Shown in pieces: positions 11,132-23,493 of a stretch of 64,000 nt of DNA. How positions within the stretch are numbered: position 1 is the stretch's first letter; every line of letters starts with the position of its first letter. This DNA comes from an uncultured Verrucomicrobiae bacterium (GTDB lineage Bacteria > Verrucomicrobiota > Verrucomicrobiia > Opitutales > JABDGR01). The stretch is from NCBI GenBank assembly GCA_963765205.1, contig CAVXVB010000005.1:288001-352000 (forward strand), given 5' to 3'. A program made the position numbers and the translations under genes. Below the pieces are notes generated by a model that ran no database searches, was not told where the DNA came from, and saw nothing but the letters and a program-made list of their open reading frames with translations.

Positions 11132-11818
11132 TTATCGCGCCCGGGCGCGGGCAGCCCCGGCGAGGAAGTTGCGGTAAAGTTGCAGTCCCTTGGCCTGGCT
11201 TTTTTCCGGATGGAACTGGGTAGCCAAGCAGTTTCCACGCCGGACGGCGCTCGGGAAAGCGTAGCCATATTCGGTTTCGCCCCAAACCAGCGCGCGGTCG
11301 GGCGTCTCCGCGTGGAAGCTGTGGACAAAGTAGAATTGGTCATTAGCCGGGCTAATGCCAACTAGCGCCGGGTCTGAAATCCCTGGGGCGGCATCATTGG
11401 GCGCGCGCCAGCGGACGTTGTTCCAGCCCATGTGCGGGATTTTATAAGGCGCAGGTAGTTTGAAGCGCACCACCCGGCCGGGGAAGATGCCCAAGCCCGG
11501 CGTGTCGCCTTCCTCCGAATGTTCGAAGAGCGCCTGCAAGCCCAGGCAAACGCCGAAGAACGGCCGGTCGGCGGCAATCCAGGCGCGGATGGTTTCATCA
11601 AGGCCGGTTGTCTTGAGCAGCCTCATGCAGTCCATGATCGCGCCTTGGCCGGGGAAAACGAGCGCGTCCGCGGTCTGCGCTTCCGCGGGCGTGGTGACGA
11701 GGCGCGGCCGCCCACCCACGCGCTCGAAGGCGCGCAGCACGCTGCGCAAGTTGCCCATGTCGTAATCGATCACGGCCAGGTCCAGCGCGTCAGTCGGAAG
11801 TTCGGGTGCGGCATTCAT
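11132..11818 (-). CDS. hisH: Imidazole glycerol phosphate synthase, glutaminase subunit
   Basis: [31 protein letters not shown] and QFHPEKS motifs. Confidence 0.95.
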   Translation of the reverse strand: MNAAPELPTDALDLAVIDYDMGNLRSVLRAFERVGGRPRLVTTPAEAQTADALVFPGQGAIMDCMRLLKTTGLDETIRAWIAADRPFFGVCLGLQALFEHSEEGDTPGLGIFPGRVVRFKLPAPYKIPHMGWNNVRWRAPNDAAPGISDPALVGISPANDQFYFVHSFHAETPDRALVWGETEYGYAFPSAVRRGNCLATQFHPEKSQAKGLQLYRNFLAGAARARAR

Positions 11819-11916
11819 GATGTTTGCCAAGGAGGCATCTTTCCCAAAAGAAACCCCGTGGTCAATGCCGCCGTGATTCACCCCTGGCACAAGCCTGATT
11901 TGACCACGCGGCGATA

Positions 11917-13096
11917 ATGGTATTGAAAGTCGCCATGATGATTCGCGGGTTGATTTTCATGATGGGACTGGCCGCTGCCGCGCCGGCCGTCGCCGCCCAG
12001 CCCCCGGTCGCCGACATTTCCGCCCTGCTGGAGCCAATCTGCGCAAAATACAATCTGCCCTGCCTGGCCGCGATGACGATCAAAGGCAGTCAGATCATGG
12101 CCCAGGGCATTGTCGGCGTGCGCAAGGCCGGCTCGCCAGAGCTGGCCACGCTGGCCGACCAGTTCCACCTCGGCTCCGATACCAAGGCCATGACGGCCAC
12201 GTTGATTGCCATTTTGGTTGACGAAGGAAAATTGAAATGGAGCACCACTGTGGGCGATATTTTCGGCGAAGTGTATCCCAAGATGGATCCCGCCTGGAAG
12301 CCGGTGACCCTCGAGCAATTGCTCACCCACCGCGCCGGCGCGCCCGCCAACCTCGATGTCGGCGGCCTGTGGTCCCGGCTCTGGGAAGAGAAAGGCTCGC
12401 CGCTGGCGCAGCGCCGGCAATTGGTTGAGGGCGTCGTGACGATGCCGCCCGTGAACAAACCAGGCTCCACCTACCTTTACTCGAACGCAGGCTTCGCCAT
12501 CGCGGGCGCCATGGCGGAAAAAGTCACCGGCGAATCTTGGGAAGATTTGATGCGGGAGCGGATTTTCACGCCTTTAAACATCACTTCGGCGGGCTTCGGC
12601 GCACCCGGCACCGCTGGCAGGGTTGACGAACCATGGGGCCACACCGCAGACGGCAAACCCATGGACCCCGGCAACAAATCTTCGGACAACCCGCCCGCCA
12701 TCGGCCCCGCCGGCACGGTGCATATGACACTCGCGGATTGGGCGAAATTCATCTCGCTACATTTGCTCGGCGACGCCGCCAACCCCTCCCGCCAGGTTAA
12801 GCTGCTCAAGCCCCAGGATTTTGACCAACTGCACCGCCCCGCGGCCGGACCGGGCCAATCCTACGCCTGCGGCTGGATCGTCACTACCCTCCCGTGGGCC
12901 AAAGGCAGCCAGCCCGGCGACACCGGCCGGTACCCTGACCCACGAAGGCAGCAACACGATGTGGGTCTGCGTCGTTTGGATCGCGCCCGAACGCAACCTC
13001 GCCTTCCTCGCCGCCACCAACCAAGGCGGCGACGACACCGCCGGCGCCGCCTGCGACCAAGCCATCGCCGCGTTGATCCAGCAGGCGGGCCGGTGA
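11917..13096 (+). CDS. Secreted serine hydrolase (beta-lactamase family) with an apparent +1 frameshift near 12930
   Basis: Signal peptide, SDTK (SxxK), LLTHRAG, YSN. The HEGSNT motif and C-terminus lie in the 12821..13096 frame. Confidence 0.8.
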
Positions 13097-13210
13097 GGGC
13101 AACGGTTTTACCGCGGGTGGCATCCACCTTAACCGCGACATCCGTGCAATCCGTAGTTCAATCCCTTTAACCGTTTCAACGCCTTTACGTTTGGCGTTCT
13201 CGCGTAAGCC

Positions 13211-13810
13211 TTACGTCAGCAACCCCTTCGTGCTCGGCAGGGCACCGCTGGCGCGCGGGTCAATTTGCGTGGCGGCGTCGAGGGCCTTGGCGAAGGCCTT
13301 GAAGATGCATTCGGCGATGTGGTGCGGCTCCTCGCCGTATTCGAGCGCGATGTGCAGGTTCGCGCCAGCCGCGTTGGCGAAACCCTGGAAAAATTCCTTC
13401 ACCAGCCCGAGGTTGAAGTCACGGATCATCAAATTTTCTGCTGCGACCTTGTAAACGAGCACCGGCCGGTTGCTCAGGTCGAGCGCCACCCGCGCCAGCG
13501 ATTCGTCCATCGGCGCGATGAAAAAACCGTAGCGGCGCAGCCCGCGCTTGTCGCCGATGGCCTCCTTGACGGCCATCCCGAGCACGATGCCCACGTCCTC
13601 GACCGTGTGGTGGTAATCCACGGCCAAGTCGCCGCGTGCCTTGATTTCGAGGTCGAACAGGCCATGCCGCGCGACGAGGTCCAGCATGTGATCAAGAAAC
13701 GGGATGCCGGTGTCCACGGCGGATGTGCCGGAACCGTCGAGCGCGAGCTTGAGGGAGATTTTGGTCTCCTTCGTGTCGCGTTTTATCGAGGAGGTGCGGG
13801 TTGGAGCCAT
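13211..13810 (-). CDS. hisB: Imidazoleglycerol-phosphate dehydratase
   Basis: [12 protein letters not shown] and [18 protein letters not shown] motifs. Confidence 0.96.
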   Translation of the reverse strand: MAPTRTSSIKRDTKETKISLKLALDGSGTSAVDTGIPFLDHMLDLVARHGLFDLEIKARGDLAVDYHHTVEDVGIVLGMAVKEAIGDKRGLRRYGFFIAPMDESLARVALDLSNRPVLVYKVAAENLMIRDFNLGLVKEFFQGFANAAGANLHIALEYGEEPHHIAECIFKAFAKALDAATQIDPRASGALPSTKGLLT

Positions 13811-14907
13811 GAGTCGAGGGCGGCGCCGAGGGCCGCCATTTCCTGGTCGGTGCCCATGCTGACGCGCAAGGCGGCGCGCGTCAACGGATGTTTCCCGAAA
13901 TAGCGCACCAGGATTTTCCGGCTTTTCAGGTAGGCAAACAGGTCTTCCGCAAGGGCCGGGCCGGTCTCCCCGCGGGCTGTGGCCGGCTCGACCAGGACGA
14001 AATTCGCCTGCGATGGATAAGCGAACCAGCCCAGCTCCCGCACTTTCTTCAAAAACGCCTCGCGGGTCCGCACCACGCGCGCGATGGTTCCGTCGTAATA
14101 GGGCAAGTCCCCGATCGCCGCCAGCGCCGTCGCCTGCGCGAGGCGGTCGAGGTTGTAGCTGTCGCGCGCGCGGTCGAGCAGGGCGATGATTTCCGGCCGC
14201 GCCAGCGCATAACCCACGCGCGCGCCGGCCAGGCTGTAGGCCTTCGAGAAACTGCGCGCCACCACCACCCGCGGGAATCTTTTTGGCAATTCCGCCGCAT
14301 TCTCCCCGGCAAACGGCGCATAGGCCTCGTCCACCACCAGAATCCCGGAGAGCTTCCGCGCGAGTTGCGCGATCCGCGCGGTCGCGAAACCCACCCCGCT
14401 CGGCGCATTGGGTGAGGTGAGGAAGAAGATGTTCGCGCCGCAGTTGGCTACGCCCGCCACATCAAGGTGGAAATCTTTGGCAAATGGAACCTCGCGCAGT
14501 TCGGTGCCCTGCAATCGGGCCAGCACGGGATACAGCGAATAACTCGGCGTCATCATCCCGGCGGCGCGGCCCGGTCCGGCGAAGACGCGCATCAGCAAAT
14601 TCAAAATATCATCCGAACCGTTCCCCGCCAGAATCCAGTCGGCGGAGACGCCGTGAAATTTTCCCAACGCCTCCCGCAAGGTTTTGCTGGTGGGATTCGG
14701 ATAGAGCCGCAGCCGACCGGCATCCTTCCCGATTTCCTTTTTCAACGCCGCCACGACCTTTGGACTCGGTGGATAGGGGTTCTCGTTCGTGTTTAACTTT
14801 ATCCACCCCGCGCCTTCTGGTTGTTCGCCCGGCGTATAAGCCTGCATCGCCGCCACGTTTGCGTTGGCGAATTTTAGAACGGAGGCGGTTGAAGCGACTG
14901 AGGCCAC
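13783..14907 (-). CDS. hisC: Histidinol-phosphate aminotransferase
   Basis: [19 protein letters not shown] and [14 protein letters not shown] motifs; his operon context. Confidence 0.93.
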   Translation of the reverse strand: MASVASTASVLKFANANVAAMQAYTPGEQPEGAGWIKLNTNENPYPPSPKVVAALKKEIGKDAGRLRLYPNPTSKTLREALGKFHGVSADWILAGNGSDDILNLLMRVFAGPGRAAGMMTPSYSLYPVLARLQGTELREVPFAKDFHLDVAGVANCGANIFFLTSPNAPSGVGFATARIAQLARKLSGILVVDEAYAPFAGENAAELPKRFPRVVVARSFSKAYSLAGARVGYALARPEIIALLDRARDSYNLDRLAQATALAAIGDLPYYDGTIARVVRTREAFLKKVRELGWFAYPSQANFVLVEPATARGETGPALAEDLFAYLKSRKILVRYFGKHPLTRAALRVSMGTDQEMAALGAALDSWLQPAPPR

Positions 14908-14925
14908 TGAGGCGACAAGAGGGGT

Positions 14926-16218
14926 TTACAAACGGGTTCGCAAACTTTCGCCATGCGCCGGCAAACTCTCCAGCGCGCTGAAGGCGGCGACCACCGGCGC
15001 GGCGCGGCGTAGGCTGCGGGCGTCGTATTGCACGACGCTCGAACGGCGCAGGAAATCCGCCACGCGCAGGCCGCTGAAAAAACGTCCCGTGCGTCCCGTC
15101 GGCAGTGTGTGGCTCGGGCCGGCGGTGAAATCGCCGAGCACCGTCGGGGTCCGCCCGCCGAGCAGCAGCGCGCCTGCGGTGGTGATTTTTCGCGTCAGTG
15201 CGCCGAGCGCCGCCGGGCGCACTTGCAGTTCAAGGTGCTCTGGCGCGACGTAATTGGCCACGGCAGCCGCATCGTTTAAATTTTGGGCTTGGACGGCGAC
15301 GAAGCCGTGCCGCAGCACATCCGCCAGCCGGTTGCTGCGCGCAAATTTTGCCGCGCGTCGTTTGACTTCGACGAGGATTTCCGTCAGTCGCTCGCGATTG
15401 GTGCTCACGAGATAAAGGCGCTCCTTGCCGGTGCCATGCTCGGCCTGCGCCAGCAAATCGAGTGCGACCCATTCCGCTTTGGCCGAGGCATCGCACAGCA
15501 CCATCACTTCGCTCGGGCCGGGCAGCAAGTCCACGCCCACCGTGCCGAACAACTGGCGTTTCGCCTCGATGGTGTAGGCGTTGCCCGGGCCGCACAATTT
15601 GTCCACCGCCGGCACCGTCTTCGTCCCGTAGGCAAACGCGCCCATGGCCTGGATGCCGCCCATGCGATAAACCTCCCCGATGCCGCACAGCGCGAGCGCC
15701 GCGAGCAGCCCGGGATGCGTGCCGCCTGTTTTGTCTGGTGGCGTGCAGACGGCGATTTCGCGCACGCCCGCCATTTGTGCGAGCACCGTGGTCATGATGA
15801 CCGTGGAAACCAACGGCACCTGCCCGCCGGGCACATTAATGCCGACGCGGCGCAGCGGATAAAAATTTTCTCCGACGATCGCCCCGTGTGGGTTGTGCGC
15901 CCGCCAGTTCCTCGGCAGGGTCTTTTTGTGGAAGGCGCGCACGCAACGAATGGCCTCCGCGAACGCCGCCTTTTGCGCGGCTGGCGCGCAGCGGGCCGCG
16001 GCGGCAATCTCCAGCGCGCTCACCCGCAGGCGTGTGGGCGGCACGTCCACGCCGTCGTATTTGCGGGTGTATTGGCGCACGGCGGTATCGCCGCGGCGGC
16101 GGACGCCCGCCAACATCCTTGCGACCTGGCGCGCGAGCGCGGCGTCGGGCTGAGCGCCAACGCAGAAAGTTGCAAGTTGGCCCCAAAAGCGGGGTGCGTT
16201 GGTTTCCAGAACGAGCAT
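14926..16218 (-). CDS. hisD: Histidinol dehydrogenase
   Basis: VPGG, GPGNAY, GPSEV, LAQAEH, APEHLE and GDFTAGPSHTLPT motifs. Confidence 0.95.
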   Translation of the reverse strand: MLVLETNAPRFWGQLATFCVGAQPDAALARQVARMLAGVRRRGDTAVRQYTRKYDGVDVPPTRLRVSALEIAAAARCAPAAQKAAFAEAIRCVRAFHKKTLPRNWRAHNPHGAIVGENFYPLRRVGINVPGGQVPLVSTVIMTTVLAQMAGVREIAVCTPPDKTGGTHPGLLAALALCGIGEVYRMGGIQAMGAFAYGTKTVPAVDKLCGPGNAYTIEAKRQLFGTVGVDLLPGPSEVMVLCDASAKAEWVALDLLAQAEHGTGKERLYLVSTNRERLTEILVEVKRRAAKFARSNRLADVLRHGFVAVQAQNLNDAAAVANYVAPEHLELQVRPAALGALTRKITTAGALLLGGRTPTVLGDFTAGPSHTLPTGRTGRFFSGLRVADFLRRSSVVQYDARSLRRAAPVVAAFSALESLPAHGESLRTRL

Positions 16219-16224
16219 GGGGCC

Positions 16225-17097
16225 TCAATTGGTTTTTAAGGAGGTTGGCAGGCTGGGCGCAGTCGGCGCGGTGGTGGTTTTTGGCTTCGCGGCGGAACCG
16301 GATTTGACCAGATCCGTCAGCAAGGGCATGGCGAACAGGCGGTCATCCAGCGGCTGGTTGACGATGATCTTGTCAAATTGGATGGTCTGGAGGAGATCGC
16401 CATTTCGATTGTAGCTATGCAAAATTTTAGGAAAGACGATGCCGTTCACGGTCAGGGCGCCTTCTTCGACGAATTCGTCCCCGGTCGGGTCGAGCACGGT
16501 GCCGCGCAACTGGTTGGTCGTGCGGTCAATATAGCGCACGTAGGTGAAGCTGTCGGGATAGTGGAACGATATTTTCCAGCACGGGAAGCCGCGGTATTGC
16601 GCTTCGCCGTCCAGCGACACCGTGGCGCCGCGGACGTGTTCAAACGCGCGGAAGAAAAACAGGTTCTCCATGCTCGTGTAGGTGTTTTGCATCTCCTCGG
16701 GCGACTTGAGCACGCCCAGGGCCTTGTTGTTATTCTTGTCAATATTGAGGGTCCACCCCTCAAGGCCATCCGAACCTTGGATGTAGATGGTTTGGTCGGT
16801 GCTGCGGATTTCAGAGTGCTGGCGTGCGGGCTTCTTGAAAATGATGAGGATTTGGGCGAGCGGTTGGTTTTTACTGTCGGTCACCTTGCCTGCCAGCACG
16901 AGGCTGCTGACGCCGGCCAGCTTCTTCTCTGGCCCGAGCGCGGAGCGCGCCAGGATGATAACGCGCTCCTCGGGCGTGGCGTTGGCCGGAATCACCGGCC
17001 CGGCCGGGGCGCCTTTCCCGCACCCACTCATGAGCAACGCCACCAGACCCGCCAAGACCGCCCGCGACCAGAACCGGGCGCGGGGTCGGTGGGTCAT
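16225..17097 (-). CDS. Lipoprotein, LolA-like/outer-membrane lipoprotein-sorting fold candidate
   Basis: Lipobox MSGC; beta-rich body ending in VNQPLDDRLF. Confidence 0.6.
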   Translation of the reverse strand: MTHRPRARFWSRAVLAGLVALLMSGCGKGAPAGPVIPANATPEERVIILARSALGPEKKLAGVSSLVLAGKVTDSKNQPLAQILIIFKKPARQHSEIRSTDQTIYIQGSDGLEGWTLNIDKNNNKALGVLKSPEEMQNTYTSMENLFFFRAFEHVRGATVSLDGEAQYRGFPCWKISFHYPDSFTYVRYIDRTTNQLRGTVLDPTGDEFVEEGALTVNGIVFPKILHSYNRNGDLLQTIQFDKIIVNQPLDDRLFAMPLLTDLVKSGSAAKPKTTTAPTAPSLPTSLKTN

Positions 17098-17297
17098 GCA
17101 AAGCAGGGTAGCCACAGGCAAAGGGAATTTGACCATGGCACAATCCTTCCAGCGTGACAAGGACGGATGCGGCTCCGCCATCGGCAATGTGCTAACAAAC
17201 GCAAAATGACTTCTGCGCCACTGCGTTTGTCCCCTTGGCCTGTCTTGGCAGTGAACAATTGCCGCTTGCCAAGATGGCGTGGGTGCGTTTCTTTTGA

Positions 17298-18413
<1,116 letters not shown>

Positions 18414-18426
18414 GCGATAATTTTTG

Positions 18427-18492
18427 AACCACGGAGAACACGGAGAAAGGAATGCATAAAACCTGTCTGTGTCCTCGGTGTCCTCCGTGGTT
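18427..18492. repeat. REP-like inverted repeat built from 9-mer CACGGAGAA units
   Basis: AACCACGGAGAACACGGAGA ... TGTCCTCGGTGTCCTCCGTGGTT. Related copies at 19716-19778 and 47415-47443. Confidence 0.8.
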
Positions 18493-18507
18493 AAAATTCT
18501 TTAACCT

Positions 18508-19710
18508 ATGCCTCGCACCAAAACCATCAACGACGTGAACCTCGCCGGGCGGCGGGTGTTCGTCCGCGTGGATTTCAACGTGCCTTTCGACGAGAAGGGC
18601 AACGTGTCGGACGATACGCGCGTGGTCGAGTCCCTGCCGACCATCAAACTCTTGATGGCGCAGGGTGCACGCGTCATCCTCGCCAGCCACCTTGGCCGAC
18701 CCAAGGGCAAGCGCGATCCGAAGCAATCCCTCCAGCCGGTTAAAGTTGTGCTTGAAAAGCATTTGGGCGTGCCCGTTTCATTCGCGGATGATTGCGTGGG
18801 TGCCGCCGTGGAACAACAAGTGGCCGCGCTGCAAAACGGCCAAGTGCTCCTGCTCGAAAACGTGCGTTTCCACGCCGAGGAGGAAAAAAACGACCCCGCC
18901 TTCGCCCAAAACCTGGCCAAACTGGCAGACGTTTACGTTAACGATGCCTTCGGTTCCGCCCACCGCGCCCACGCTTCGACCGCCGGCATCGCCGCGCATC
19001 TGCCCACCCGCGTGGCCGGTCTTTTGATGCAGAAAGAACTTGCCTTCCTCGGCGAAAAAACGGCCAATCCGGTGCGCCCGTTTTGCGTCATTCTTGGCGG
19101 TGCCAAGGTCTCCGACAAAATCAAGGTCATTGACGCCCTGCTCGACAAGGCCGACGCCATGATTATCGGCGGCGCGATGGCTTACACCTTCGGCCTCGCC
19201 CTCGGCAAAAAGGTCGGCAAGAGCCTCACTGAGCCGGACAAAGTGAATCTGGCGAGCATTGCCCTGCTCAAGGCCCAGACGCGCAGCGTCAAATTGCTGC
19301 TGCCCGTGGACAATTTAATCACCGACAAGCTCGACTTTGCCAACGCCCAAGTCGGCGCGACCCAGATTGTCGAAGGCGACATCCCCGACGGCTGGGAAGG
19401 GGTGGACATCGGCCCGCAATCCATCGCGCTTTTCAGCGCGGAAATCGCCCGCGCCAAAACGATTTTGTGGAACGGCCCGATGGGCGTCTTCGAAATCAAA
19501 GCCTGCGCGCTGGGGACTTTCGCCGTGGCGAAGGCCATTGCGGAGAACTCCGGCGCGACCTCGATCATCGGCGGCGGGGACTCGGTGAAAGCCGTCAAAA
19601 AGAGCGGCCAAGCCGCCAAAGTCTCCTTCATCAGCACCGGCGGCGGCGCCAGCCTCGAATTCCTCGAAGGCCAGGTCCTGCCTGGCGTCGCGTGTCTCGA
19701 AACTGTTTGA
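18508..19710 (+). CDS. pgk: Phosphoglycerate kinase
   Basis: RVDFNVP, SHLGRP, LLENVRF, WNGPMGVFE and STGGGASLE motifs. Confidence 0.98.
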   Translation: MPRTKTINDVNLAGRRVFVRVDFNVPFDEKGNVSDDTRVVESLPTIKLLMAQGARVILASHLGRPKGKRDPKQSLQPVKVVLEKHLGVPVSFADDCVGAAVEQQVAALQNGQVLLLENVRFHAEEEKNDPAFAQNLAKLADVYVNDAFGSAHRAHASTAGIAAHLPTRVAGLLMQKELAFLGEKTANPVRPFCVILGGAKVSDKIKVIDALLDKADAMIIGGAMAYTFGLALGKKVGKSLTEPDKVNLASIALLKAQTRSVKLLLPVDNLITDKLDFANAQVGATQIVEGDIPDGWEGVDIGPQSIALFSAEIARAKTILWNGPMGVFEIKACALGTFAVAKAIAENSGATSIIGGGDSVKAVKKSGQAAKVSFISTGGGASLEFLEGQVLPGVACLETV

Positions 19711-19715
19711 ATTGA

Positions 19716-19778
19716 ACTACCGAGCACACGGAGAACACGGAGAGGATTTTATCCATTTTCTCCGCGTCCTCCGTGGTT
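19716..19778. repeat. REP-like inverted repeat (same family as 18427)
   Basis: CACACGGAGAACACGGAGA ... TCTCCGCGTCCTCCGTGGTT. Confidence 0.75.
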
Positions 19779-19843
19779 AAAAGACAGACTATTTCTTGCT
19801 CGCCCTCCGTGGTCCGCCACCCATAATTTCGCTTTTTCCGCCC

Positions 19844-20635
<792 letters not shown>

Positions 20636-20895
20636 TTCAAAGCGCACACTTGATTCGGATCGTTAACACCGCTCACTCTTTGCCGCCAGCCAGGTCTCAA
20701 TGCTGTAAATACGCGTTCACGGCCAACGCCGCCAGCAGCAGCAAGGCTGCCAGCGCCCGCGCCTCCGCCCGGGTCAACTCGAAGTAATGCATTTCAGGAA
20801 TATTTTGACGCGTTCCCGCGAGCAGGAAAAGCAGATTTTTTTGGTCATTAATCCTTTGCGCTCTTCGTGCCTTTGCGGTGAATTATCTCGAAGCC

Positions 20896-21402
20896 ATGTT
20901 CAACTTCCTGCTCCGCGCCCTCAGCGGCCCCGTCAGCGGCGCCCAGCCGCTGGCCCTCGGTGTGCCTGCGCCCGCCATCTCCGCCACCAACCAGGACGGC
21001 AAGACGGTGAATCTGGCCGACCTTTTTCAGAAGGGTTATGTTCTCGTATTCTTTTATCCCAAAGCTTTCACCCCCGGCTGCACCGCCGAAGCCTGCAGCC
21101 TGCGCGACGCCTTCGCCGACTTCGCCCAGCGCAATCTTACCATCCTGGGCGTCAGCCACGACTCCGTGGCCACTCAAAAAGCCTTCGCCGCCGCGCACCA
21201 ACTCCCCTTCGACCTGCTTGCCGACCCCAAGAGCGACCTCTACAACGCCTTCGGCGTCCCCGGCCTCACCCGCCAGTCGTTTCTAATCAAAAACGGCCTA
21301 ATCATCTGGCGCGCCCTCAGCGCCTCGACCGACCAGCAAGCCGCCGACGTGAAACAAGCACTCGCCGCCGACCGGGGCAATGCAACTTCCGCCCTAAAGT
21401 AA
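20896..21402 (+). CDS. bcp: Peroxiredoxin (BCP/PrxQ type)
   Basis: FFYPKAFTPGCTAEAC motif. Confidence 0.88.
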   Translation: MFNFLLRALSGPVSGAQPLALGVPAPAISATNQDGKTVNLADLFQKGYVLVFFYPKAFTPGCTAEACSLRDAFADFAQRNLTILGVSHDSVATQKAFAAAHQLPFDLLADPKSDLYNAFGVPGLTRQSFLIKNGLIIWRALSASTDQQAADVKQALAADRGNATSALK

Positions 21403-21435
21403 ATCCATCAGAAGATCAGGTTTCGCTCATAATGT

Positions 21436-22386
21436 TCAAAACCCCTTGATCTTGAACAAACCCGTCACCGACTCGTTGCCGTGGATGCGTTGGATGGCCA
21501 AGCCGAGTAGTGGCGCGACCGTCAGCACCGTGATGGGCAGGCCGTGCGTGTCAATTGGCGTCGTGTTGGTCGTGATCAGTTCATCCAGCGGTCCGCCGCG
21601 CAGGCGTTCGAAGCCGTGTTCGTTGAGCACGCCGTGGGTGACTGCCGCGCGCACGCTGGCGGCGCCACGCTCTTTGATTAGCTTGGCTGCGGCGGTGAGC
21701 GTGCCGGCCGTCTCCGTCATGTCGTCAATCAGCAGCACGTCCATCCCGTCCACATCGCCCACGAGGTTGACGGCCTCAACCTTGGTCGAGGACACGCGGC
21801 GTTTGGCGACGAAGCCCAGCGGCGCGCCCAGCATATCGGCGTAGGCCGCGGCCATCTTCATGCCGCCGACATCAGGCGAGATGACCATCAGCTTTTCGAG
21901 TTTTTTATGGTTCTTCAGGTAATCGTAAAAAACTGGCGAGGCGTAAAGATGGTCCACCGGAATGTCGAAGAAGCCCTGGATTTGCTGCGCGTGTAAGTCC
22001 ATCGTCAAAATGCGATTCGCACCGGCGGCGACAAGGAGGTTCGCGACGAGCTTGGCGGTGATGGGCACGCGCGGTTGGTCTTTGCGATCCTGCCGCGCGT
22101 AGCCGTAAAACGGCAGCACCGCCGTGATGCGCGCCGCTGACGCCCGCCGGGCCGCGTCAATCATGATGAACAACTCCATGATGTGGTGGTTGGCCGGGCT
22201 GCAAGTGGACTGGATGATAAAGACATCGCCTCCGCGGATGTTCTCGTTGATTTTCACGAACGTCTCCCCGTCCGGAAACGCCGTGACGGTCGCCTGGCCG
22301 AGTGCGGCTCCAATGCTATGGCAAATTTCCTGGGCCAGGGCGGGGTTCGAGTTGCCGGAAAAAATTTTGAAGGGAGTTTCGTTCAT
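21436..22386 (-). CDS. prs: Ribose-phosphate pyrophosphokinase
   Basis: FPDGET, YARQDRK, DLHAQQIQGFF and IDDMTETAGT motifs. Confidence 0.96.
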   Translation of the reverse strand: MNETPFKIFSGNSNPALAQEICHSIGAALGQATVTAFPDGETFVKINENIRGGDVFIIQSTCSPANHHIMELFIMIDAARRASAARITAVLPFYGYARQDRKDQPRVPITAKLVANLLVAAGANRILTMDLHAQQIQGFFDIPVDHLYASPVFYDYLKNHKKLEKLMVISPDVGGMKMAAAYADMLGAPLGFVAKRRVSSTKVEAVNLVGDVDGMDVLLIDDMTETAGTLTAAAKLIKERGAASVRAAVTHGVLNEHGFERLRGGPLDELITTNTTPIDTHGLPITVLTVAPLLGLAIQRIHGNESVTGLFKIKGF

Positions 22387-22488
22387 GCGGAAGGCGGGCG
22401 CCCCGCCATTGCTGGCGCACTCCCGCGCAAAAGGCAACAGTTGAGTGACAACGCCGAAAACGATCCCCCGGTGCCATGGCGCCCCCTG

Positions 22489-23481
22489 TCACGGGCTGGC
22501 TGGCGCGTTGTCCTCAACCACTGTCCAATTTTTATCCGGGTCAAATACCGTCATCGCGGCGGCGGCTTCCGCGCTCTGTTCGCCGAGGTTGCGCTGATAG
22601 ACCTTGCCGTTCTGGTTGACGATGAAGGTCATGATGCCCGAATCGCCCCAATGCGCGGGATAGGCCACCAGGGCAAACCCGGCGACCATGTTGCTGTTGA
22701 TGACGTAATTGTATTTTCCACCCGGCGCGTCCGGGCCTTGCTCCTTGAGGATTTTGAATAGATAGCCATGGAACGGAACGGTGCGGCCCAACGGCTTTTC
22801 ACCATCGTAGCCTTCCTCGAACGCGTTGGCCACGAGTGGGCCAAAGGGGCTGAGTTCTCCGTCGTCGCCCGGCTCCCAATACAGGCCGTCATGGTGGCCC
22901 GGGGTGCTGTTCAAGCGTTGCGCGTAGCTGAGCACGCCGTCGCCGTCGTGGTCCTGGCTGGCGTAGACGTGCTGCGCGTCCACATAAGTGCGGCAGACGC
23001 TGATGGCCGTGAGTTCGTCCATGCCGATACGGCGGTTGAGAATTTCCTCCTTGCCTGCAACCGTGTCAAAAAACCATTTTCCCTGGGCGCGCACGAGCGG
23101 AATCGGAAACGGCCAGTTTTCCGCCCCGATATAGAGCACGACTTTGTCGTCATTGACCGCGACGGGGTTGCACATTTTCGCCACGTTCTTGGAAAAATTT
23201 CCAAACTCGACGGCGTCTTGCGTGGCGTCGCCGGACAGCAATTCCGTGACGGCGGGGCCAAAAATGGCGCGCACCGCGGCCACGTCCTTGGCCTGCGTGG
23301 CGTCAGTCAGGGCCTTTACTGCATCCGCGGGCGAATCAAAAACCTGTGCTGGGGGCGTGCTGGACAAGGGCGGTGGGGCGCTTTCCACCAGGGAAGGCGT
23401 CGGCGTCTGTGCGCACGCCCCCAAAACCAGCCCACCGAGAACTGGCAGGAGGAGATGGCAAACAAGCCGGAAGTTTTTCAT
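22489..23481 (-). CDS. DUF2950-family lipoprotein
   Basis: WPFPIPLV...W.FDT..G.EEILNRRIG.DEL, DGLYW, PFHGY.FKIL, YPA.WGDSGIMTF motifs. Confidence 0.85.
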   Translation of the reverse strand: MKNFRLVCHLLLPVLGGLVLGACAQTPTPSLVESAPPPLSSTPPAQVFDSPADAVKALTDATQAKDVAAVRAIFGPAVTELLSGDATQDAVEFGNFSKNVAKMCNPVAVNDDKVVLYIGAENWPFPIPLVRAQGKWFFDTVAGKEEILNRRIGMDELTAISVCRTYVDAQHVYASQDHDGDGVLSYAQRLNSTPGHHDGLYWEPGDDGELSPFGPLVANAFEEGYDGEKPLGRTVPFHGYLFKILKEQGPDAPGGKYNYVINSNMVAGFALVAYPAHWGDSGIMTFIVNQNGKVYQRNLGEQSAEAAAAMTVFDPDKNWTVVEDNAPASP

Positions 23482-23493
23482 GACGAAGATTTT

